Positions 27,847 to 37,185 of a DNA stretch of 64,000 nucleotides are shown one piece after another. Position numbers and translations under genes: made by a program. Position 1 is the first letter of the stretch. Each line of letters starts with the position of its first letter. Source of the DNA: a virus; IMG/VR virus record IMGVR_UViG_3300034283_002790, positions 1 to 64,000 of that record; one strand, 5' to 3'. The notes under the pieces were generated by a model. It was not told the DNA's origin. It ran no database searches and saw only the letters and a program-made list of their open reading frames with translations.

Positions 27847-28887
27847 ATGAAAAAAATTTTAATACTAGGTGGCGGTGGATTTATTGGTGGTCATTTAGCA
27901 AAAAAATTACACCAACAGGGAAATTTTGTTAGAGTTGTTGATTTAAAACAACATGAATATTTTAATCAAAAAGAATTTTGTGGAGAATTTATCCAAGGTG
28001 ACTTAAGAGATCCAAACTTCGTCTCAGTTGTCATGTTTGGACCAAATCAAAATTCTATTGAAGATCAAGAAAATTCATTTGATGAGGTGTATCAACTTGC
28101 TGCGGACATGGGTGGTGCCGGATATATCTTCACCGGAGAAAACGATGCGAATGTCATGCATAATTCTGCAACGATAAATCTAAATGTTGCGTATTATGCT
28201 TCAAAATTTAACGTTAAAAAAATATTTTATTCTTCTTCCGCATGTATGTATCCTGAACACAATCAATTGGATCCCAATAACCCAAATTGTGAAGAATCGT
28301 CTGCATATCCGGCAAACCCAGATAGTGAATATGGATGGGAAAAACTATTTAGTGAAAGACTTTATTTTGCATTTAATAGAAATTATGGTCTTAATGTTAG
28401 GGTCGCTCGGTTCCATAACATTTTTGGTCCATATGGAACGTGGACTGGAGGTAAAGAGAAGGCACCTGCTGCAATGTGTAGAAAAGTTTCTGAGTGTAAT
28501 GAGTCTGATGAAATAGAAGTTTGGGGGGATGGTAGTCAAACTAGGTCTTTCCTATATATTGATGATTGTTTGAATTCTATAGAGAAGATGATGAACAGTG
28601 ACTTTATGGGTCCAGTTAATATTGGTTCTGATGAAATGGTTACAATCAATGAACTTGCCAAAATGGCAATCGAAATTTCTAATAAAAATTTAAAAATCAA
28701 AAATATCACGGGTGAGGAATTTTTAGATAAGTATGGATTTAAATGTCCAATAGGTGTTATGGGAAGAAATTCTGACAACACCCTTTTTGAACGTATGATT
28801 TCAGAAACAAATTATAATTCTTTATATGATGGTATGCTTAAAACATACCAATGGATTAATAATAACGTAAACAAATTAAATGAATAG
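27847..28887 (+). CDS. NAD-dependent epimerase, GDP-mannose 3,5-epimerase-like, 346 aa
   Basis: GGGGFIG, LAADMGGAG, SSACMYP, YGWEK (YxxxK), RFHNIFGP, GGKEKAPAA.CRK. Confidence 0.88.
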   Translation: MKKILILGGGGFIGGHLAKKLHQQGNFVRVVDLKQHEYFNQKEFCGEFIQGDLRDPNFVSVVMFGPNQNSIEDQENSFDEVYQLAADMGGAGYIFTGENDANVMHNSATINLNVAYYASKFNVKKIFYSSSACMYPEHNQLDPNNPNCEESSAYPANPDSEYGWEKLFSERLYFAFNRNYGLNVRVARFHNIFGPYGTWTGGKEKAPAAMCRKVSECNESDEIEVWGDGSQTRSFLYIDDCLNSIEKMMNSDFMGPVNIGSDEMVTINELAKMAIEISNKNLKIKNITGEEFLDKYGFKCPIGVMGRNSDNTLFERMISETNYNSLYDGMLKTYQWINNNVNKLNE

Positions 28888-29608
28888 AAGAAAGCCAACA
28901 CAAAATGATGATACAGTCAAACCTTTTACCAAAAAAGATTTGATAAACTCAATTGTCAAAAAAAAATCCAAAAATAAATTTTTGACAAACAATCAAAAAG
29001 AATATTATGATTCTTTGATCCAAAACCAAATAACTATTTGTTCCGGACCTGCTGGAGTGGGTAAAAGTTATGTCGCAATGAAAGCGGCAATCGATTTATT
29101 GGTTGACCCCAATAATTCTTATGAAAAAATTATTATTGTAAGACCAGCAGTTGAGGCGGAAGAAAAGTTAGGGGCTTTACCAGGAAATTTAGAAGAAAAA
29201 CTAGATCCTTATATTTTTCCCTCTTATTATTTGTTGAATAAAATTATTGGTAAGGAATCAAGAGAAAAATTAAAGGAACATGAAATAATAGAAGTATTTG
29301 CTTTGGCGTATATGAGAGGTATGAATATTGATAATTCAATTTTGATTTTTGAGGAAGCCCAAAACTCAACACCTAATCAGATGAAACTACTTCTTACTAG
29401 AATTGGATTTAATAGTAAATTTTTTATATCTGGAGATCTCGAACAAACCGATCGATACAAAGACATCCGTCATTCTGGTCTTTATGACGCGATTACCAAA
29501 TTCAATTTTTTAGATGATATAGGTATATTTGAATTTGGTCAAAATGATGTTGTTAGAAACCCACTTATTACAAAAATTTTAAGAAAATATGATGAGGATA
29601 GGAATTGA
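28880..29608 (+). CDS. phoH: PhoH-family ATPase
   Basis: GPAGVGKS, RPAVE, LGALPG, AYMRG, EEAQN, LLTRIG, GDLEQTD, DVVRNP. Confidence 0.93.
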   Translation: MNRRKPTQNDDTVKPFTKKDLINSIVKKKSKNKFLTNNQKEYYDSLIQNQITICSGPAGVGKSYVAMKAAIDLLVDPNNSYEKIIIVRPAVEAEEKLGALPGNLEEKLDPYIFPSYYLLNKIIGKESREKLKEHEIIEVFALAYMRGMNIDNSILIFEEAQNSTPNQMKLLLTRIGFNSKFFISGDLEQTDRYKDIRHSGLYDAITKFNFLDDIGIFEFGQNDVVRNPLITKILRKYDEDRN

Positions 29609-30242
29609 AATTAATGGTGTTCTTCGAAATACTTTTGAAAAGATCAAACATGTTTACCAAAAAAATTTAATTGACTCTCAAACTATTGAGTCACAACCTA
29701 CGTACAATATTGACATATCGGGGGATACTCAAGATTTAATTACTAATGAAGATTTCAAATATGAAATATTAAGTGAAGAAGAATCTTTCGATTTAGAAAA
29801 AATGTATAAGTTTCAAAATAAAGAAGAACTTTATTCATTTTTATATGAAGAATATACAATGGAAGTTTTTGGACATGCTCCATCAACAGAAATGAACACG
29901 TTTAATGTCTTAAACGAATTTTATTTGGAGTTTAGAGACAATTATGATATATCAATTGTTTCTAACGAAATAGGAAAATCAAAACCTTCATCCCTTTTTT
30001 TCTTATCCAAATTCGGAATGTTGATAGAAAAAATCTTTTTTTACAGTGAAATTACAAAAAAAACCATGTGGGACTCAATTGATGTTTTACTTACTGCGAA
30101 TCCATACTTATTATTAGAAAGACCAGAAAATAAAATTGTTATAAAGTATGTTACAAATTATAACAAAGATATCCCTTCTGATTATGAAATAACTTCATTA
30201 TCAGAACTAAAAGAAATAATTAAAAATATAAAAAATGTTTGA
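29589..30242 (+). CDS. 5'(3')-deoxyribonucleotidase-like HAD protein with a degenerate motif I
   Basis: RIGIEINGVLR replaces the canonical IGIDIDGVL. Confidence 0.45.
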   Translation: MMRIGIEINGVLRNTFEKIKHVYQKNLIDSQTIESQPTYNIDISGDTQDLITNEDFKYEILSEEESFDLEKMYKFQNKEELYSFLYEEYTMEVFGHAPSTEMNTFNVLNEFYLEFRDNYDISIVSNEIGKSKPSSLFFLSKFGMLIEKIFFYSEITKKTMWDSIDVLLTANPYLLLERPENKIVIKYVTNYNKDIPSDYEITSLSELKEIIKNIKNV

Positions 30243-30489
30243 AATTTTAGGTGAAAATTATTACATTGATTTGGTAAAAATTAATGATTCCGTCACATTC
30301 AACGACTTGAGTGGCGAAACACAAATTGCGGTAGTTAAATATGAAACAATTAAATTGATGGTAGAATTGGTATGTAGTGAGGTGGAAAATATCGATGAAA
30401 AAATGAGAATGAAAAGTACGGAACTTTCTATTCCTTTTAAGTTGGCATTTAACACTCTTTTAATGCATAAAATAATAAATAAATTATAA
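30235..30489 (+). CDS. Hypothetical protein, 84 aa
   Basis: Start overlaps the upstream stop; operon packing. Confidence 0.6.
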   Translation: MFEILGENYYIDLVKINDSVTFNDLSGETQIAVVKYETIKLMVELVCSEVENIDEKMRMKSTELSIPFKLAFNTLLMHKIINKL

Positions 30490-30492
30490 TAT

Positions 30493-31551
30493 ATGAACAG
30501 TGAACAAATTCAAAAATTAGAAAAATCCATTAGTAATATGGAAGAAAAAAGGGCTAGGATTTATTTCTTAGTACAAGACACAAAAGGTAATGCTAAAGCA
30601 TCCGTGAGGTACATTTACCAAATGGCATACACATTATTCGAGAGTGGTTACAATTCGATTATTCTTCATGAAAAACCCGAATACTCCGGTGTTTCGGATT
30701 GGTTAGATGAAAAATATATGACAATGCCTCATAATTCAATTGAGGGTACTAATCTAGAAATTTCCCCGGAAGATTTAATTATTATTCCTGAAATCTATGG
30801 ATTCGTTATGGAACAAATAACTAAGTTACCATGTGGTAAAATTGTACTATGTCAAGCATACGATCACGTTTATGAAACTTTACAACCGGGTCAAACTTGG
30901 TCCCAGTTAGGTTTCTTTAAATGTATTACAACATCAGAAAAACAAAAAGAATATCTTGAAACAATGATGAGAAATGTTTCCTATGAAGTTATTCATCCAT
31001 TTATTTCAGATTCGTTTCAAAAAAACCCTTTACCCCCAAAAACAATTATTTCAATCTATACAAGAGATCATAGAAATACAACAAATTTTATTAAAATGTT
31101 TTACAGTAAATTTCCTCAATATAGATGGATTACATTTAGGGATATGAGAGGTCTTTCTGAATTAGAATTTGCACAAGGGTTGAAAGATAGTTTTTGTTCA
31201 GTATGGATTGATTCCCCAAGTGCATTTGGTACTTTTCCACTTGAATCTATGAAAATGGGTGTACCTGTTATTGGGTTAACTCCTAGCATGGTTCCTGAGT
31301 GGATGAAAGAAGAAAATGGTATTTGGATTAATAATCAAAACTTGTTGTTGGATGTCCTTGCCGACTTTATTCAAAACTGGTTAGAGGACAATATTAATCC
31401 AGATCTTTATGATCAAATGTCTCAAACGGTAGAACCTTACTCTAGTGAAGAAACTTTCAAAACTAGTGTCTTATCTTTGTTTGAAAAAATGATGGTAACT
31501 AGAATTGAAAACTTTAAAAATCAACTAACTAAATTTGAAACAGTAGAATAA
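30493..31551 (+). CDS. Glycosyltransferase-like protein (GT-B), 352 aa
   Basis: DLIIIPEI, VLCQA, and AFGTFPLESMKMGVPVIG (E-x7-E-like region). Confidence 0.6.
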   Translation: MNSEQIQKLEKSISNMEEKRARIYFLVQDTKGNAKASVRYIYQMAYTLFESGYNSIILHEKPEYSGVSDWLDEKYMTMPHNSIEGTNLEISPEDLIIIPEIYGFVMEQITKLPCGKIVLCQAYDHVYETLQPGQTWSQLGFFKCITTSEKQKEYLETMMRNVSYEVIHPFISDSFQKNPLPPKTIISIYTRDHRNTTNFIKMFYSKFPQYRWITFRDMRGLSELEFAQGLKDSFCSVWIDSPSAFGTFPLESMKMGVPVIGLTPSMVPEWMKEENGIWINNQNLLLDVLADFIQNWLEDNINPDLYDQMSQTVEPYSSEETFKTSVLSLFEKMMVTRIENFKNQLTKFETVE

Positions 31552-31552
31552 T

Positions 31553-32359
31553 ATGAAAAATAATAACACAATTTCGGTAATTTTACCAATTAAATCTTCA
31601 ATGACTGGGTTTTTTGAAGATTATTTTAAAAAATGTATTGAGTCAATCAAAATTCAAAAAGTACCTTTTGATGAGGTAATTATCGTTCACACTGATGAAA
31701 CGGCACTTGTGGAATTTTTGGATTCTTATGATTTTGGTGATTTGCAAACTAAACGATTCGTTTGGACTGAAGAGGCAAATTTTTGCGAACAAGTAAATTA
31801 TGGAGTCAAAAATTCAACATCAAAATGGGTTTCCATTTTAGAATTCGATGATGAGTACTCAAATATTTGGTCTAAAAATGTAAAAGAATATATGAACCAT
31901 TATCCAGAAGTCCAAGCATTCCTCCCAATAGTGGTTGATGTTGATGAAAAAGGAGTTTTTGTAGGGTTTACAAATGAGGCATGTTTTGCCGCAAACATTA
32001 CACAAGAACTTGGTGTGTTAACTAATGAAGTTTTACAGACATATCAAAACTTTCAAATTTCAGGAATGGTTATTCAGAAAGAAATGTATGAAAAATATGG
32101 TAAACTAAAGTCTAACATAAAACTTACTTTTGGTTATGAATTCTTTTTGAGAATGACACAAAATTCAGTCAACTTCATGACAGTTCCGAGAATAGGATAT
32201 AAGCACACAAATTTCAGAAACGGTTCTCTTTTCTGGAATTACAAAAATGGTACTGAAAAATTATATGAAGACGAAGTTAGGTTTTGGATTGATTCTGCAA
32301 AAAAAGAATATTTCTTTACAGAACAAAGAGATATAAATTACGAACCTCAAGAAATTTAA
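31553..32359 (+). CDS. Glycosyltransferase family 2-like protein, 268 aa
   Basis: ISVILPI, QVNYGV, WVSILEFDD. Confidence 0.65.
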   Translation: MKNNNTISVILPIKSSMTGFFEDYFKKCIESIKIQKVPFDEVIIVHTDETALVEFLDSYDFGDLQTKRFVWTEEANFCEQVNYGVKNSTSKWVSILEFDDEYSNIWSKNVKEYMNHYPEVQAFLPIVVDVDEKGVFVGFTNEACFAANITQELGVLTNEVLQTYQNFQISGMVIQKEMYEKYGKLKSNIKLTFGYEFFLRMTQNSVNFMTVPRIGYKHTNFRNGSLFWNYKNGTEKLYEDEVRFWIDSAKKEYFFTEQRDINYEPQEI

Positions 32360-33105
32360 TGTCAGATGAATTAGAAATAAATAATGATCTGAATGTTGTA
32401 AAAAAGAAAGGTAGAAAACCAAAACAAAACAATTATTTTGATGAAAGAGAAGAAACGGCCGTTAAACTTTATTTAATGGCCACAACCTTCGAAGAAAAAA
32501 ACAAAATATATAATGAGTTTTTAAGGAAACCTTTGGACAAGATGATATCGTCAATAATAAGACGATACAAATTATATAGAAAAGATATGAATTTCGAAGA
32601 GATTCATGTAGACACACATTCCTTTTTAATGACCAAAATAGATAAATTCAAACCATCGAAAGAAAAGAAGGCGTATTCCTATTTTGGTACAATTTGTAAA
32701 AATTATCTCATGGGTCAAATAATGAAAGATCAGAAAGAGATGAATCGCAAAATTTCATATGAAGATATCTCATCTGACTTGTTAAATACACCCGATATGA
32801 TATACCACATAGATAACGACGAACTTACATCTGAAGATGTGATTTATAGATTTTTAAATTTATTAAAAGACACTCTAGAAGAACCAAGTCTAACTGAACA
32901 AGAAGTTAAACTTGGAAGAGCGATTCAAGATATTTTTGAAAATTATACTTCAATATTTTTTGATTCCAGTAACAATAAGTTCAACAAAAACATTATTTTG
33001 TTTGAGTTAAGAGAGATGACAAACCTTTCAACTAAAGAAATTAGGGGATCAATTAAAAAATATAAAAAAATCTATAATCAAATGTTACAAGAACTTTTGA
33101 GATAA
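32359..33105 (+). CDS. Phage sigma factor, T4 gp55-like (putative late sigma), 248 aa
   Basis: KIDKFKPSKEKKAYSYFGTICKNYLMGQIMKDQKE resembles the region-2 segment of gp55-type sigma factors (F-x-P-x-K...AY-x-T...N). Confidence 0.6.
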   Translation: MSDELEINNDLNVVKKKGRKPKQNNYFDEREETAVKLYLMATTFEEKNKIYNEFLRKPLDKMISSIIRRYKLYRKDMNFEEIHVDTHSFLMTKIDKFKPSKEKKAYSYFGTICKNYLMGQIMKDQKEMNRKISYEDISSDLLNTPDMIYHIDNDELTSEDVIYRFLNLLKDTLEEPSLTEQEVKLGRAIQDIFENYTSIFFDSSNNKFNKNIILFELREMTNLSTKEIRGSIKKYKKIYNQMLQELLR

Positions 33106-33123
33106 AAAGTATTTATAGTTAAT

Positions 33124-33489
33124 ATGGCAAGACCGGTAAAAAAACAAATTAATTTATCCAAAGATTCGATGTTATCTTTGATGCAAGAAATTTACAATGA
33201 ATTGGTAGAACAAAGATCAACAGCAATAAGAATTCAAAATAAAATGTTGACAATGATGAAAGAACCGGAGGATATGACTCTTATTGGTCCAGTAATTGAA
33301 AAACAACAAAAAATTATAAACGATTGTGTTGAAAAAAAATTGACTTTATCTAAATTACAATCACAAATGTGGCAAAAATCTCAAGATAAAGAAGAAGATT
33401 TTACTTTATCTGATCTTGATTTAGATGACAGTACCTTCAAAAGTTTAATCGAGAAAGATATTTCTTCAGATAATAAATTAAAAATGTAA
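33124..33489 (+). CDS. Hypothetical helical protein, 121 aa
   Basis: ORF with TATTTAT at 33110-33116; coiled-coil character. Confidence 0.7.
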   Translation: MARPVKKQINLSKDSMLSLMQEIYNELVEQRSTAIRIQNKMLTMMKEPEDMTLIGPVIEKQQKIINDCVEKKLTLSKLQSQMWQKSQDKEEDFTLSDLDLDDSTFKSLIEKDISSDNKLKM

Positions 33490-33494
33490 TTTAA

Positions 33495-35438
33495 ATGGCT
33501 CTAGATAATCAACAGGGTTATACGGATATCAAAAAAAAAACTACCTTAAGTCAAAAGTACAGAAAGGTCAAAAAAGATATTAAGGATTTAGAAAAAAAAA
33601 CCGGAAATAACTTTGAAACTTGGGCTGGTGGTGTTGAAACAAAATATGGAAAATATGGTGCACAAAAATTAAAAAGTGCTGAAAATTATTTAAATTACCA
33701 GAAAAAAAATCTTAAAACACAATTTGATGAATTATTAGATATTAAATTTTTGTCTGCGGAGTCCGGTGACACCAAATCAATGAAATATCTTAAAAAAACT
33801 TTTTCTGCCGCATTAATAGAACTCAAACCAAAAATCGAAAAGATTCTGGCAGAACTTATGGTTAAAACTTTGGGTTGTGATCAGGATTCTAGTTTTCCCG
33901 CAAATACTTCGGTATATATCAAAGTCAAATCAATTGACTTATTAAATCTACTCAAAGAAGAACCTGATTCGTTAGTGGGTCAAGTATGTTATGAATCGAA
34001 TCCAATTATCTATCAGAATCAACCCTTCTCGATGAATAAAGAGTTAAGAAATAGAATACAAAACATTAACATACCTTACTCTGCACCATCATTTGGTAAT
34101 TCCAATTATATTGGTAGTTCTGGACAAGATCTTTTTGATATAACTTATGTGGATAATTATATCAACCCACTAGGTCAAACTGTTGTCGGAGATTTTTTTA
34201 AAATTGATTTTTTTCCAAGGTCTAGTAACACAAACAAAATCTCAGAATTTTTAGAAGATTATTTTAAAACAATTGATATTATAGATTATAAACATTTATA
34301 TGCGAATTTAATACAAAATCTTACAGGATCACTCTCAATCGAGAAAGGAGATGGTGACACCGTCAATGGTGATTTTACCAAAATTATGATTATAATGAAA
34401 AGAATTTTTGGTCTTTGTTTTGACGAAACTCAAGAGATTGATGTAAGTGGAATATCTAAGTTATCACAAAGTGATAATATTGATGATTCTTTTTTTGAAT
34501 TTGACGAAATGGATTTGAAGTACATTGATTTTATTAATTCAAATATCAAAATCAAAGTGGTTGAATTCGAGGAATGTCAAAACGTGAAACTAACAGTTGA
34601 TTCCAATTCACTTTTAACTGCGGTCAATAACCTAACATATTTTCCTGGACAAAATAATAATAACCAACTTAACGATGCATCAGAGGAACTTACAGAAACT
34701 ATGAAAAATAGTTTTTTTCCTTTCGAAATTAATTTCGATGAGACTTTTCTCAAAGAATATCCAAGAGCACTTGTCATGACAATACTTTCACCTAAAACAC
34801 TTTTACCTCTTATTGCTTTAGGTAAATCTTTGGGTCAGGATTTATATGATGATGTCCAATCCTTTGTAGATTTTGCAAAAAAATTCAAAACATTTTTTGT
34901 TGCATTTGTTTCAAAAGTTGGGGCTGAGTTTGTTAGAATAATTTTTAATCTAATAAAAAAAGATATTTTATCTTTATCTCAAGTTATTTTAACAGATATA
35001 AATGATGAGATACGTAAGAAAAAAGAAGTTTTAGTTCTGGCATTAATTGCAATTGCAGTGAAACTTGTATCTGATTTCAGAAGTTGTAAGAGTGTTATAG
35101 ATGAACTTTTATCTATATTAAATTTAGTCCAAAAAAATCTTGAGAAGAAAAAAAAACCACTACCATATGCTTTAGTGAAATCCTCACAAGTTCTTCAGGG
35201 ATTTTCAAAAACAAGAGCGGTAATAAATGTTATAGAACAATTTGATAAATTAGGTCTTCCTACAGACCCTATGCCCGATGGAAGTCCTAATTTAATGTTG
35301 GCAGCAGTCGATGCTATAATTGGAGGTATTGACAAAGAAGAAACACAAAATGGTCAAGTACAAGTTGCAATAGACCCATTAAGTTTAACTCCAATAGGAA
35401 CAACAATACCTCAAGTTATGTTCGGTAAAAAATTATAA
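33495..35438 (+). CDS. Hypothetical protein, probably structural (baseplate region), 647 aa
   Basis: Long ORF immediately upstream of the gp5-like gene. Confidence 0.6.
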   Translation: MALDNQQGYTDIKKKTTLSQKYRKVKKDIKDLEKKTGNNFETWAGGVETKYGKYGAQKLKSAENYLNYQKKNLKTQFDELLDIKFLSAESGDTKSMKYLKKTFSAALIELKPKIEKILAELMVKTLGCDQDSSFPANTSVYIKVKSIDLLNLLKEEPDSLVGQVCYESNPIIYQNQPFSMNKELRNRIQNINIPYSAPSFGNSNYIGSSGQDLFDITYVDNYINPLGQTVVGDFFKIDFFPRSSNTNKISEFLEDYFKTIDIIDYKHLYANLIQNLTGSLSIEKGDGDTVNGDFTKIMIIMKRIFGLCFDETQEIDVSGISKLSQSDNIDDSFFEFDEMDLKYIDFINSNIKIKVVEFEECQNVKLTVDSNSLLTAVNNLTYFPGQNNNNQLNDASEELTETMKNSFFPFEINFDETFLKEYPRALVMTILSPKTLLPLIALGKSLGQDLYDDVQSFVDFAKKFKTFFVAFVSKVGAEFVRIIFNLIKKDILSLSQVILTDINDEIRKKKEVLVLALIAIAVKLVSDFRSCKSVIDELLSILNLVQKNLEKKKKPLPYALVKSSQVLQGFSKTRAVINVIEQFDKLGLPTDPMPDGSPNLMLAAVDAIIGGIDKEETQNGQVQVAIDPLSLTPIGTTIPQVMFGKKL

Positions 35439-35439
35439 T

Positions 35440-35664
35440 ATGGAAAAAGATAAACAAATTGTAAGAGCACAAGACGTTGCGGAAATAGTTAAAAATTTCA
35501 CAGACAAATCAAATAGAGATTTGAGAATCGCAATGGAATTTTTAAAAAAAGAATTTGAATTTACAAAAGATAATATTTTAAAATTAACTGATCATTTTGA
35601 AAAAGTTAAAAATGATTATAATACTGTTTTAGAAGAATTTAACAAACGGAATGGAGCAAGTTAA
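35440..35664 (+). CDS. Hypothetical protein, 74 aa
   Basis: Operon packing. Confidence 0.55.
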   Translation: MEKDKQIVRAQDVAEIVKNFTDKSNRDLRIAMEFLKKEFEFTKDNILKLTDHFEKVKNDYNTVLEEFNKRNGAS

Positions 35665-37165
35665 AAATATAAGAATAGGTAGAGTCTTAAATAATCAAGA
35701 TCCATTACTTCTTGGTCGTTTGAGAGTTTATGCCCCCGATGGTGATCCAAAAGAATATTTGGAAATTCCAAAGTCCGAGTGGTGGACTTCAAAGGACCCT
35801 TTGATTCATATACCTCTAATCCCATACCATTTACATATTACACCCTCAGAAGATGAATATGTTCACTTAATTTATTCAACGGATAGAGAACCATATGATA
35901 GTAATAAATTTTACATTCCAGGACCAATAAGTCGCCCGTGGAGGAATTTAAAAGATACATTCAACGGGTCACAAGCAGTTTTGTCAAACGGAAATAATTT
36001 ACAACAAGCATATCAACCTCTGGATTCAACTACCGGGAAAGTAAACGTTGACATCGAAGGGGTCTATCCCAAACCAATTGATAACGCAATCCTTGGTCGT
36101 GGTACCAGTGATGTAATTTTGACTCAACAGGATGTATTAATAAGAGCAGGAGTCACATTACCCAGTCAAAACCCCGAACTTCCAATTATTAAAAATGATA
36201 AAAGAAGTTTTCTACAAGTCTCAACCTTTCCATTAGAAACTATTAGTACAGGAACAGAAACTGCTACTGAACGCACTTTCGAAGACGTAAGTATAAAAAG
36301 TTATGTTGAGTGGTATATTACTCCTAATAATAGTTTAGACTATGACGGATATATTAATTTTTATTATATAAATGGTAATGATGAAAAATTTAAAATATCT
36401 AACGTAAGTCAGAATGTTAATATTTTAGAAGGACAAAATTTTTTAACAGCATATACAATTAATTTTTCTTCGAAAACACTAGATGAGACCAAAGAATTAA
36501 TAAATCAATTTATAAAAGGGGTAAATGTTGGTTTTATTAATATAAATGGTTACCCTACATTTACTGTTGAAAATCAATTTCCATTTTTTTACGGATTGGA
36601 ATATTCAAATTATCTATTACTAACGTCTGACGATACTACTACTTCAAGTATAATAACAAATTTTATTCCCATTAATAAATTAGAACAATTATACCCGAAA
36701 GTAACTTTGAATGTTGCATTTCCAGAAACTGGAAATGGTTTGGTAACAAGAAAAAATCCCCCTCAATTAGGAATTATTTATGATGAAAATCAAACCACAA
36801 TAAATACATTTGGGTCAACACCAACACCAATAACATATTCATTGATGGGTGGAGATCGTGTGTATTTACTATCTCATAGATCTGAAGATAAGTTTAAAGT
36901 AGATCTTAAAGATACCTTATATGGAATTCAAGAACCACAATTAGCAACCGATATATATCAAAAAACAAATTCTATGGTTAGAGGAGATGAATTACTATCA
37001 CTTTTAAATTTGATAGTCAATTTTCTTCTTACCCACGTTCACGCATTTCCAGGTGTTGCACCAATTAAAGAGTATCCTAAAAAAGGGGTGTCTGCGTTGG
37101 AACTTGAAACCGTAATTAAAAATGCTCAAAATACCATACTGAACCAAAATATTCGAATTAATTGA
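35651..37165 (+). CDS. Baseplate central spike or hub, T4 gp5/VgrG-like, 504 aa
   Basis: N-terminal OB-fold signature IGRVLNNQDPLLLGRLRV. C-terminal VRGDEL...LLTHVH (HxH spike-tip motif). Confidence 0.7.
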   Translation: MEQVKNIRIGRVLNNQDPLLLGRLRVYAPDGDPKEYLEIPKSEWWTSKDPLIHIPLIPYHLHITPSEDEYVHLIYSTDREPYDSNKFYIPGPISRPWRNLKDTFNGSQAVLSNGNNLQQAYQPLDSTTGKVNVDIEGVYPKPIDNAILGRGTSDVILTQQDVLIRAGVTLPSQNPELPIIKNDKRSFLQVSTFPLETISTGTETATERTFEDVSIKSYVEWYITPNNSLDYDGYINFYYINGNDEKFKISNVSQNVNILEGQNFLTAYTINFSSKTLDETKELINQFIKGVNVGFININGYPTFTVENQFPFFYGLEYSNYLLLTSDDTTTSSIITNFIPINKLEQLYPKVTLNVAFPETGNGLVTRKNPPQLGIIYDENQTTINTFGSTPTPITYSLMGGDRVYLLSHRSEDKFKVDLKDTLYGIQEPQLATDIYQKTNSMVRGDELLSLLNLIVNFLLTHVHAFPGVAPIKEYPKKGVSALELETVIKNAQNTILNQNIRIN

Positions 37166-37185
37166 TATTTATTAAATAAAAGGTA

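Noticed and set aside
33124-33489. Small terminase subunit identity for the 121-aa helical ORF
   Set aside because: Size and helicity fit, but there is no diagnostic motif and it is far from the large terminase; left as hypothetical.
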